Of a stretch of 64,000 nt of DNA, positions 25,330-37,999 are shown piece after piece. Below the pieces are notes generated by a model. The model ran no database searches. It was not told the origin of the DNA and was given only the letters and a program-made list of their open reading frames with translations. This DNA comes from Folioceros fuciformis (Eukaryota): positions 37,673-101,672 of the forward strand of contig JBNGIO010005925.1 of the NCBI GenBank assembly GCA_049999805.1. Direction: 5' to 3'. Every line of letters starts with the position of its first letter. The first letter of the stretch is position 1. A program made the position numbers and the translations under genes.

Positions 25330-27049
25330 GTGGCTAACTATTTAGAATCTTGAAGGATTATTTCCTTCGTCATGCCTTGAGGTACTTCTTTTGTTGTCCA
25401 ATAATTCTAATTGTGCATGAACATGCTAGGATCTTTTGCTCAAAATTTTGGAATGCCAAAATCTGCTAAGTAAGAAAAGTAAGCAACCTTAAAGTGTTAC
25501 AAACCACTCCTTTTGAGTTGGTTAGGCCGTCTAGATTAAAACCATTTGCCACTGAAGCAAGACACTCAATGGATGAGCAGTCTATGGCATGTGGGGTGAA
25601 TGCAAAGAGTGAAAAGGTAGAAGAAAAGATTCTTTTTTGTAGTATTATATTCAAAATTTATTATATCATTAATTTTTAAAATTAAGGGTAGATATGGTAT
25701 GTAGGCATAGATGCATATAAGCACATGCAGCGATAAATACATCACATGCACACATAGTAGGTTATATGCATGCACTTCAGTGTGCTACATTAACGCACAC
25801 ACACACACAAAACAATAATGGGTTGAAGACAAGTCATTACAAGAATGATAACAGGGGGGAGTTTGCCTTTGGGCACATTGCTTGATGTTTCCTCTGAGTG
25901 CAGTCAAACATATTCCAATCAAAGAGAGTCCGCCTCATCCTTGTTACCACCCTAACAGCACGAAAGCTTGGTCATTCATCAAGCAATCCCCATGATTGGA
26001 GAAGAGTAGGACGAGAAGTGCCCATACCCATTGAAGGGCTCAAGTAAGTCCACGGTGTGAGCATTGAACAACAAAGGGACGAACATCTATGATAGCAAAG
26101 TATTGAGATATTATAGATAAGTCCAAGGTTGACTACTCAAGGTTGTTGTTCTCTGATCATTTCATTCTTGACCTAGCCATCTTGGTAGAATTAAAACCGA
26201 AATACTTGTAGTAGCAGTCTTCGGGTGGCTTAGTCTTCAGGTGGAAGCCATTGATCTGTTGGCTTGGCTGGCACATTGGACTAAGGGCAACACTAATACC
26301 AACTTTGATAGCATGTGTTACATAATGTTTTGCAGAGGAAGGCACTAGAGTAATGGTGTTGTTGCGGTTTGGTTGGATGAACAAGGCCACCTCGCTCATG
26401 ATTGGGATCCCAAGTTTGCTTATCAACAAACTTGGGATCTCGTTGATGAAGAACCCTCTACCAGTCGGGCCAACAAGCACTTGGGGTGGACCCAAAGTCC
26501 ACTCAAGACAAGATGCTGCAATTCAACCTAGTGATAAAGAGTGAGGGGATTTAGGCAGAGGATGTGTACGAAGAGAATTTCTTGAAGGAGAGAGGAAACA
26601 TTGGACAACAAAAGTAAGGTGGAGGTATTATGGGTAGATCTTTCGGATCAACGGCACGGTAGGAGGGCAAGGGGGATGCCCAGGGAGTTTAAAGCTAGGT
26701 GCCCACAGCGAAGGTGAGCACACTAATTTAGGCATCATAAGTCAGGATTTTGGATTAGAATATAAGGTGCTAGAAAATTCTAAACTTAGAGATGCTCAAT
26801 TTATAGGAGCGTCCATGATAGGTTAGTTGTTTTTAGACTTTGAAAGGTTGCGGTAGTAATGGTGCTCCAAGGCCACATGTATAAGAGACCTGGTTGCGTC
26901 TCTCTCTTTAGACAATTTCAGGAGTGAGAATTTGTAAGCTATGGGTTGGAGACATCCGATCGATAGAGGCCTTATTCGGCATGGTGTCCTCTCGTCATAA
27001 GAGGACCAGGAAGATCTATAGGCGGTTGAGAGCTATGTGACCTAGCTCC

Positions 27050-27825
27050 GCGATTGGGGTGGCTAGTGGAAGGGGTGCTCTGTACCTGTGAAGGAGAGAA
27101 ATTTCTGCAAAAGGTGAAGGTGGGAACGCGAGTTTCATGAAACCCCTAGAAAGCCGAGAGGGAGCATGAGTTTTGCAAAACTCTTGTCAGCCGTTCGGCT
27201 ATGATTTTTCCCTTCCTCACTCCATTGTCTAATTAGGCTGTGTTTAATCTCTGTGAGGGATCTATGTGACCCAAGGAGGGATCTGTGTGACCTAAGGAGG
27301 GGTCTATGTGGCCCAAGGAGGGGTTTGTGTGACCTAAGGAGGGGTCTATGTGGCCCAAGGGGGGGTCTGTGTGGCCCAAGGAAGGGTCTGTGTAGCCCAA
27401 GGAGGGGTCTGTGTGGCCCAAGGAGGGGTCTGTGTGGCCCAAGGAGGGAACTGTGTCCCAAGGAGGGAACTGTGTGGCCTAGGAGGGGATTGTGTGCCCC
27501 AAGGGCTGGGGTGGTTAGTGGAGAGGGTGTTCTACACTGAGAGGAAGCAAAATTTCTGTAGAAGGTCAACGTGGGAATGCGAGTTTCGCGAAACCCCTGG
27601 AAAGCCAAGAAGGAGCGCGAGTTTTGCGAAACCCCTTGAAAGCCAAGAGGGAGCACAAGTTTCACGAAACTCTTGAGAAGCCATCCAGCTTTTATTTTTC
27701 CCTTTCTCAGTCCGCTACCTAATCAGGTCGTGTTTTATCTTAAGAGGAGGCCTATGTGGGCTGTGAGGGGATTGTGTGTCCCAAGGGGTGATCTGTGAAA
27801 GGATTGTGTGTCCCAAGGAGGAGGA
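27050..27825. repeat. Compound repeat: two related ~200-bp blocks around a 21-bp minisatellite (about 12 copies, 27253-27500)
   Basis: Unit about GTCTGTGTGGCCCAAGGAGGG; blocks GGGGTGG.TAGTGGA...GAGTTTC..GAAACCCCT.GAAAGCC near 27055 and 27507. Confidence 0.9.
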
Positions 27826-28329
27826 TTAAGTGAAGATTTGGTGCACGAGAAGTGTGAGTGTTTGAAATTGAGAAGTGTTGAGGAAGGTTGCTGATAGATT
27901 GAGAGGAGGAATGAATGGTAATGTGAAGTGCCGCGGTGTGGATGAACCTAATCTAAAGTAACCAGCGAGATCTGGATGTAAAATATCCTGTGTGCATGAG
28001 ATTCAACTTCTACTGGCCATAGCTCCTTAACACGCATGGCAAGAAACCTCGTGTCCTCCAGACGCTGCGACGCATGTGTGCGCCGACGGGTGGGTCCTAT
28101 CACGATGGCGGAATCCACTATCGCGGTGGCTAAATCCGCTACGACGGTGATGGAACTCCCTACAGTGGCGGAGTTAGGAACGACGATGGTGAACTTAGGC
28201 ACGGTAGGGGACTATGTTTGGGTAGGCACTAACTGTAGAGGGTCTAGAAGTCATAGAATTAGAACAACTTGACACAACCCATTCCCTTGGGATCGAATCC
28301 TAGGACTATAATGACATAGAGGGTGAATG

Positions 28330-29140
28330 TGGGCCGCATTGTGTCCCTAGACACATAATTTGACTCCACAAGATCATTTTCAAGCAAATGGATTAACAGA
28401 ACGACTAGTGCAAACCTTCAAGGATGTATTGAGAAAGTATTGTTTGGAGGTGGAGCCAAGTTGTTGGGATGAGTTGCTGCCCTATGTCGTCTTGGGCTAC
28501 GAGATCAATGTTCAAGCAACCCTAGGAAAGTTTAGTCCTTACTTCATTAGGTTTGGCAAGCGTGTTGTATTGTCTAACATAGTGTTAGACACATACTCCA
28601 AACAAGTGAGTTGGGCTGTTGAGTTGAACAAATGTCTTCCGAGAACAACGAAATAAAGCTAAAATGTTGCAAAGGAATGTCAATGGCCATGGAGTATCTG
28701 GCTATCGTTGAGCATCGTGATCAACTAAGGTACGCCTTTACTAGAGGAGGATATTGGAAGCTGAAGGTGAGATAATTTGAAGTGGGTGATTTTGTGAATA
28801 TGCAACATTGTCCTTCAAGTACACTAGGTGTGAATATAGAAAGATTGATTTTGCGTAAGGTGAGCGTGAGAGATGAAGTTGCGATTGAGTTGAAAGGACA
28901 AGATGGGTGGGGGTGCAAGGAGCATCTAAGGCATCTTGCACCTTGTCATTTGCCCAATCTGGGCATGAGAGTGCCACAAATGTGAAAGCCACCAATAGAC
29001 CTACCATGTGAATGATGTGATTAAATGGCTGATGTTGAATCAATACTGCTATGTGACAGATGCAATTATCTATCATGTCTCGAGCCACCTTTAAAAGGTG
29101 CTGAACGATGACTTGGTTTTGTCATCCATTTGAGGCCATA
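28330..29140 (+). mobile_element. Degenerate Ty3/Gypsy integrase C-terminus followed by a decayed PHD finger
   Basis: HFQANGLTERLVQTFK..LRK...WDELLPYV.LGY....QA....SPYFI.FG; then APCHLPN, LPCE*C...ILLCDRCN..SCLEPPL...WFC. Confidence 0.82.
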
Positions 29141-29213
29141 AATACTTGGGCCATGTTGGAGGCAAAAGGTAGGTAGGTATTGATAGGAGGTCAAAAGGGT
29201 AAGTAAAGGGTTA

Positions 29214-30002
<789 letters not shown>

Positions 30003-31256
30003 GTCGCAGCGGCCGTCTGATCTCTCCGGAATCGCCTGCCCGGATTTACTGAAAGAGTGAACGTATTTGTTTTGCTTTGCAAGAGTTTACAAGGGCAGGG
30101 CATCCAACCCAAAACCATCAAAACCCTCAAAACCCCTACCTAGCCGGCTCATTATCGTTGTAAACGGGTAACCAGCTTGATTCGCAGCTTTTTGTTTTGC
30201 TTCGCAGAATGTGCCCTCCGCTTTGACTCCTTGAAGGAAAGCCTCATAACCTGCTCGCCTCGGCTCCAACATGAACTGAAGCGCGACGATCGAATCTAGC
30301 CATATTCGTTTGTTACATTTGTGAGAGGAAGACCAAAAGATGACGTGCGCAACATTGTGTTTGCTTGGATTGGCGACAAGCTATGCTATGGGAGAAGGCT
30401 CCAGCATCTCCTACTCCCCAAGACTCACAAGCCTTGGCTTGGCTTGGCTTGTGTGGAGGACGGCGGGAGCAGCGATGGCTCGTCCAGAGGAGGCTCCTTC
30501 CCGTCCGGCACTTGAGAAAATAGCGCAACAATCGTGCTGGATTGGAAGCGCGATGCCCGTGTATGGATATTCCATTCGATTCCGTTGTTGCAGGAGAAAA
30601 CCACACCAGCCTCCTTTCTTGTGGATGTTAGCGCTATCTTATTGGCTCTTAGGTGGCCACAGCACCTGTCCCTTGCAGTGGATGTGCTATGCTATATAGC
30701 TTCGCCACCCACAACAGAGACACGCAAGACAAGGATACGGACAAGGGATCCTCCGGGGCATCCAATGATTAGGAAGGAAAGGGAGCCAACTCCACATACA
30801 TTGATACATGTACAGTAGTACCTTTTGGTACGTCTTCAGTGTTGGTTTCCGTTTGTCTTATGCTTCTTCCTCTTGAGCGCGAACTTCTGTTGCTCCGGCT
30901 TGATGGTGACTCGTCAGGCTCCCGGGAGGCCCGGGAGGGGATGGATGAAAACATAAAAAAAGAAGCATCCGGACGCAAACGAACATGCTATCACAGCGTC
31001 GTGCTACAGCAGGCAGGCAGGCAGGCAGGCAGGCAGTGATGACAAGGGTGTGTGTAGCAGTGCACGTAGCTGGCTAGCTAACTAGCTAGATGCATACATA
31101 GTCCGGGCGTCCTCCACACGAGGGCCGGAGAGCAGTGCAGTAGCGCAAGTGTCAGCGTCTACGAGGAGACAGGACAGAAATGGGATCCCAACGAAATGAC
31201 AAATGAATAAAATGAAAGTGGTGGGAGGTCCGGCCCGGAGGGTGAAAGAGATATTT

Positions 31257-33257
31257 TTATATTTCTGCGGATGGGGCGGTCGTCGACGACGTCGCACCGC
31301 GGAAGTTAGGGCCGCGGACGGCCGCGAGAGGAGAATCTTCGGCGTAAAGGGGACCGTGTTTGGACGAATCGTATCCATGCTTGGAGGAGTCGTACTTCTC
31401 GCCATCTCCCCAGAGCGCGTACGCCTCCTCTCCGTGGGCGGCATCGTCCCCGACCTGGAGCTCCTCTTCACTCATGCGGAGGGGAACCACGGTGCCGATG
31501 GCCACCAGGATGATGGACGTGACCACTATGTTCCAGGCGATTATGAAGAGAGCGCCCGCGATCTGCTTGCCCAGCTGCTCCCCGCCGGCAGCTTTGCCGT
31601 AGAAGGCACCGCGGCTGTTGGTGACGGCGGCGAAGAGGGACGTGAGGTGAGGTTCCGCGAACAGCCCCGTCATGACTCCGCCCAGGAAGCCAGCCACGGC
31701 GTGCGTGTGGAACACGCCCAGAGTGTCATCCACCACCTCGAAGATGGCCAATTTCTTGGCCACCACGTTCATGGACAACCAGGGGATGCTGCCCGATACC
31801 AGCCCCATGACGATGGCTGCCCACCCTTGCACCAGCCCCGCCGCTGGCGTGATGGCCACAAGCCCCGTGATCATTCCCTGCACCGCCCCGATCACCGACG
31901 GCTTGCCGAAGTACAGCACGTCCAGCACCGTCCACGTGAGCAAGCTGGTTGCCGCGCATACGTTTGTGTTGAGCACGGCTATGGAGGAGTCGATGTTGGC
32001 CGCGTACGGGTCTCCTCCGTTGAATCCGGCCCATCCCAGCCAAAGAAGCCCAGCGCCCGCCAGGGTGAGCAGGATGTTGTTGGGCGGGAACCTCTCCCGG
32101 TCCTTGGTCAGCCTTGGACCCACCTGTCAAACGCAACGCACACAAGTCACCATCTTTCCTTCTCTTCCTACAGTCCACACACACACACATTCATTCCCAC
32201 CAACCCCTCTCCCGTTCCTACACACTCAGAACGGAGAATTGACTAGCTTTGCTTCTTCCTTCTTTCCTTCTTTCTCTTGTGTGCTGCACTGCAGCTAGCA
32301 GCACCACCAACAAATAGGACACCTGTGGACGCAGTGGTATCAAAGGACCTGGTATCACGCAATCGCGCATTCTAGCAGTCAACCACAATCGATCAAGCCT
32401 CCCCAATCTATCAATGGACACGGATCGCGCAGGAGGAGGATGAGCTTCCTTCCCCCACAGTGTCAGCAAGATGTTGCAGGCAATGAATGAAGGCAATGTC
32501 CCGAGCCAATCCCACCCGAACGACACACTTCAATTCACTCGGCTGGCTGGCTGGCTTCACATCACTTCAATAACCAAGACTTCTTTCTTACCCAGTACGC
32601 GGCAGTGAAGCCGGCGACGCCCGAGGAGAGGTGGATCACGTAGCCGCCCGAGTAGTCGAGCACCCCCCAGTGGAAGAGGAAGCCGCCGCCCCAGACGCTG
32701 AAGGCGCCCACGGTGTAGGAGAAGGTGAGCCACAGGGGGACGAAGATCATCCAGGCCAGGAACCTCATCCTGCCTAGCACGGAGCCCGCGAGAAGGATAA
32801 GGGTGATGGCCGCGAACACGAACTGGAAATAGACCATGGTGGCCATAGGGTACAGCGGGGCGATGGCCGCAGTCTCAATGTCTCCCTTGACGTGACCGTT
32901 TCGGGTGGTGGCGTAGATCTGCGTGGAGGCGGGCAGCAGGGCCTGGCCGATGAGATAGTGCTGGTTGAGAGCGGGACCGGCCTTGCCCCACAGGGGGAGC
33001 AACTTGTGGCCGAAGGCCATCTTGTAGCCCCAGATCACCCAGCACAGCAGCACGGCCGCGAAGGCGTAGAGCGCCATGAAGGCAGAATTCACCGCCCACT
33101 TCTTCTTGACGATGCTCCCATAGAGGATGACAAGACCTGGCACGCTCTGGAGTCCCACCAGGGTGGCAGCCGTCATCTGCCATGCGTTGTCCCCCTTGTT
33201 GAGCCAGTCTGGGACGGCTGGTCCCAGAGTTAAGGACGAGGGCAGCGTGGTCGCCAT
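31257..33257 (-). CDS. AMT2: Ammonium transporter of the AMT2 (MEP-like) clade; exons 33257-32592, 32123-31257
   Basis: [103 protein letters not shown]. Confidence 0.96.
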
Positions 33258-36084
33258 TGTGGCCCGCCTTCCTCGTCTCCTTCAGTAAGGGGAAATCTTC
33301 GTTGCTGGCTACACCTGCTGCTGTTCCACGCTGATGGCTACCACCCTCCGCTCGCCATCGCCCTCCTACCTGCCATCACCATTCACCCGGGTTCCAAATC
33401 AACCAACCGCACACACCAGCGCCCAACCGCGCACACACCAGCGCCCAACCACGCACACGGACACGCACACGCGCAAGCACAAGAAGAAGCAAATGAAAAA
33501 AAAAAACACAACCTTCCTCTTCACGCCTGAAGTCCGCTGAGTGACCCATTCCAACAAGAAGAGCAGCAGTAGAAAGGTGGTGGGTGCGAGCTGGAATGTT
33601 CCAGTCCTACAACTGAATCCCCTCAACCACAGGCAGGCATCACGACAGGCGTGCTAGCACCGAGACAGACAAATCCGAATCGAGGGGGCTGGAGCACGAT
33701 CGATCAAGCCACACGATACTAACTAGAAATCCGGCAGGACAAAGCAAAGCGAAACAAAACGCAACAAAGAGGACAAAACAAAGGGAGGAGAGCGGACAAA
33801 GCAGACGAGCCATGGGTTTAGAGGCAATCAAGCACCTGGTAGGCAGCAGGCCGGCACGCAAGGGCTTGCGCAGGGGCGGAGATGGCAAGGCAGCGCAGCG
33901 CAGCGCAAGGCAAAGCAAGTCTGGGAGGTGAAGGCGGAGGAGGAGGAAAGATTAGTAGGAGTGTTGGGCTAGCAAAGAGGGAAGGGAAGAGTAGCGAAAG
34001 AGGAGTTTGTTGTCAACGGCGACGACGACTGGTGGACAGCCGCCCCTCGACTTAGCTCAGCTCTGAGCTCTGCTCAGAGTACAGCGTAGCACAGTGGAGA
34101 AGAGCACACAGAGCACAGCGCACAGCAGAGAGCAGAGAGAGGAGGCGAGCCGAGGCCGGGTAATCCGGTGCCGTGTGGTGCTATGTATGAATAGAAATTG
34201 ACATAAGTGCGCCCGGCCCGCAAAGGACACGGTCTCCTGGGTTTGGGGAAGTACATAGAATCGGTGGGGTGGGTACTGGAAGGCCAGCCAGCCAGGGAAA
34301 GGGGATCTTGAGGAGGCCATAAAAAGGAAGGAAGAGCGGGCCAGCCAGCCAGCCTGCCTGCCGTATCACCCACTCGCTTCACCGGGCCTGTACGCCTGAG
34401 GAAGCCAGCCGCAAGCCACGCGTCAAAACAGGTCAATGGCCGTGTCCAGGGGGCGGAGCAGGAAGGAAGGCAATGGCAGGCTAGGCTGCAGTGTTTTCAC
34501 ACAACGCAGTCCTGTAGTACCTACGACCCTGGCCACCATTGGCCTTGGCCCCGTCACTTGGGCTTGGGCTTGTTGGGCTTTGGGCCACACAAAAGCCCCT
34601 CCCTCCTGCCACCGTCGGACCTACCCGACCTACTCTATGTATGTACTACTCACTAACTTGCACGCTGCACTCTCTACAGACTCCACTGTCCGCCTCGCTT
34701 CCTGTTCCCTAGGCAAGATCAACAAGAGAGAAGGAATGAAAAAAAAATGAAACAATAATGTAGGGCTTGCCAAGATTTTGCTGAAAGACAAGCAAGCGAG
34801 TTCTAAGGAGGAAGATCTTGGAGGGAAGCATGTCACCGACAAGACCACGACCCAAGACTGAGACCAATGCTGGAGCTGGAGCTGGAGCTGTAAGTGTAAC
34901 TGTAACGGACGGACGCTTCTTTTTCTTTCCTTCTTTCCTTCTTGTATTCTATTTTTGGGTGGTAGTCAGGTGCTTCACCTTGTCCTTGTCCTTATGCTTG
35001 TCCTCCAGGTCAGGTCAGAAGGAGTTTATTTTGAGCTTGATGGTTTAGGTTGTTTCTAAGTTGTCCCATTTGCATGACCACCTTTTCTCCTTCTCCATTG
35101 CGTGTACGTCTTCCTTCTTTGGTTTGGTGTTGCACATGAATTGGCTGACCATGTTTGAGCCTTAAACACTCAAACACTAAGCAATTTTATTGGTAATGGG
35201 ATACAATGATATGATTTATAAAGAATGTGGGGCTCGCCAGCCAGAGGGGCTCGCATGCAGAAGCTTATATAATATGTGCGGAGCCATGATGGTGTGAAGG
35301 AAGGAAGAGTTATGGGCAGGCTCATCAAAATCCTGGTCCTGGGCTCCGGGCTCCTGGCTCCTGGCCCCTGGCCCAGGCCTTGTCCTGTCGTTGGCATCTT
35401 CAACGGCTGCTGCTGTTGCTGCTGGCTAATTGGCAGGGCTTGCACACAACTCCAAGCTCCTGGGCTCCAGGCCTGGAGTGGAGTGGAGGAGCCAGCAAAT
35501 CAAATCAATTACCTTCCAACTCACCTCCTCACCAAATCCATCTAAAATTGTGACTTAGGTGAATATAGTAGCCCGGGCTATTTTGAGAGATCCTGGTCGC
35601 TGTCTCTCTCTCTCTCTCTCTGATATACGCGCCTCTCTCTCACTAACATTGCACGGCGACTTGTCTCCGTTCCGTTCACTCGTCTCGTCCGAACAAAAGC
35701 TGCCTCAGCTGTGGCCTGGCCTGGCCTGGTCTGGCCTGAGCTGAGCTGAGCTGAGCTGTACTGATTAGGAGGAGGCGGATCTGGCGGCGGCACACCCGCT
35801 CCAGCCTGCTTTGCTCTGGGGAGAGCACACAAAAACATTTTTTTACTCCTTTTCCCGGTTTTCGGGGCACTGCAAAACTAGGAAAGCTTGATGACAGGGG
35901 ACGCACAACTCCTCCGCCTTGCCTTGGGATGTGCACGCCATAAACTCCCGCTTTCCGGTTTCGGTTTCGGACAGACGGGCCCTGCTCTCCTCTCCTCTCC
36001 TCTCGCATCGCGTCTCACGAGTCAGCGACTTTTCTTGTCCAGGGTGGCACGCAAAGGTATACATATAGCGCCAACCGACCTCAT

Positions 36085-36330
36085 CTCATCTGACCTGACC
36101 TAACCTGATCTGACCTGACCTGACCTGATCTCACCTCACCCGCTCGGACCTGACCTGTTCTCACCTGACCTGGCCCGACCTGCAAGAACGAGATGGCCGA
36201 CCTGACCTGACCTGACCTAACCTGCCCTGACCTGATCTGACCTGATCTGACCTGACCTGACCTGACCTGACCTGATCTGACCTGACCTGACCTGCCCTGA
36301 CCTAACCTGACCTGACCCCATCGGACCTGA
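36085..36330. repeat. Degenerate pentanucleotide microsatellite (CTGAC)n
   Basis: Runs of CCTGACCTGACCTGATCTGACC over about 250 bp. Confidence 0.92.
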
Positions 36331-37999
36331 CATTAGGGCCACGGCCACTGTGCGCACGGGGCCCCGGGATCCTCAACAAACACGACACGACACGACACGA
36401 CACGACCCCGTCTCTTCTGTTCTGTTTCCTACATCTGTGCTTCACTCCTCCTCCCTTATGCTTCTGGGATACGCATGGCATCACCTACCCTCCCCTGCCC
36501 TGCTCCGGAACAGTACTCTATGTAGCTGCGAGAGGCGACGCGAGAGGTCCATCCAGGTGTGGAAGTTTGCGCCACACTGATCCACCTATGTATGTACTTA
36601 TACTAGGTACTGTATTGCCTGCACTCCACTGTGTAGCAGGCCTGCTCCAGGCACCGCAACAACTCTGGACACGTCCACTCCATGGCCTCTGCTCTCCACG
36701 CTCACTCGCAAACTCCCAACCTTCACCTCCCTGGATGGCCCACGCCAATCATGCTTTCCTTCACCACCAACGTTCCAATCCTTTTACATCGCTAACGGTT
36801 GTCCAATTGGGATTATGGAGAACCATACCCACCTTCGTGCCGGATCATCGCTTTGGCGTACCCCAAGCCCAAGCCCAACCCCAACCCCGATTGCCCAATC
36901 GCCATTCCAGTCCCAGTCCTTCCACCTTCCAACGGGACACTCGGTCAGGTACTACCTAGTAGCGTCACAGCAGGTTTGGTGAAGAGAAACAAGGGGCGGG
37001 GAACCCAGCCTTTTGGTTAACGGTGCCTTTCGCACATGGGGCCCGGTTGCTTCTTTAGCACATGGGGACGATTCATCACACACCATGTGTCAACGACTTT
37101 TCGGACTTCTGGAGACTTTGGAGCCCGTGGGGGCACCGTGCCTCTTGGGCCACCAATCTTACACCGTCAATTCTGACTTCCTTTTCTTGCTCAGCAGGTT
37201 CGCCGCACAGTGTTGTCTTGGGGGGTCCTGGTTTGAACCTGCCTCTCACGTCCGTGGTCAAAGCGCTTCCTTCTGGACGCTCATCATCGTCGTGGACGGG
37301 CTCTCCAAACTGGCTGTTGCCTCGGTGTACCACACCAAGAGCTTTCTGCTCTCCTGCTTAGAACCACTCTAAGCTTTCATCGTCAAATGGCTCAGCCAGA
37401 GGTTACTTTTCCATCTCACACAAGGAGGGCGTGACACCTGTTGGTCGAAGACTGATGTTTATGCTCGTTCAGGAGTTTACTGATGCTTCCTTGATGCAGG
37501 TTACTCGTGCACAAACCACTCTTCTCACCTGAGCTGAGCCACGTTGATGGTGTGCGGATGTCCCTCATGAAGTAAGCACCTCAGATGTGAAGTGTGCAAG
37601 TCTCGCGTTAAGTGAGCTACGGTGATGAACCATGGCACTCTCTCCTTTAAGCCTAGTCTTCCTCCCTGTGGATAGGATAGGCCCTCCCTCCCCCGCGCCA
37701 GCCTAGTCCTTCGCCACTACTCCACTACCACGAACGTACGGTCCAAACGCACTAACCGCTCTAGTCCGCCAGAGCTCAAACAACAGTTCCACTTCCTACC
37801 AAGAGTAAGGGAAGGAGACACCGGATTGCAGGAAGATTGCACATGTGGCAAGCAGAGGCCTCGTCGTTGGCCGGCATGGGCTCACGCATGGTAAAGTCTC
37901 TTGGGCAACACTTGCATCCGAAGCTACCTTCAGATTCAAGCGCCCGCATTGGGGAAAAGAATTGAGATGCCGAAGGTCTACCTAGTGTGTCGCAACGCA

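Noticed and set aside
25850..26600. Retroelement gag/protease remnant on the minus strand
   Set aside because: Context suggests TE origin, but no diagnostic motif could be read.
27253..27500. Possible CRISPR array or repeat-protein ORFs (HTDPSLG / PHRPLLG repeats)
   Set aside because: Head-to-tail 21-bp units with no unique spacers, no cas genes and a eukaryotic context; the ORFs are by-products of the stop-poor minisatellite.
31203..32246. 347-aa plus-strand ORF
   Set aside because: Antisense shadow of GC-rich AMT2 exon 2; no recognisable domain.
37013..37620. Transposase or gene fragment upstream of AMT2
   Set aside because: Short ORFs in several frames with no recognisable catalytic or zinc-finger motif.
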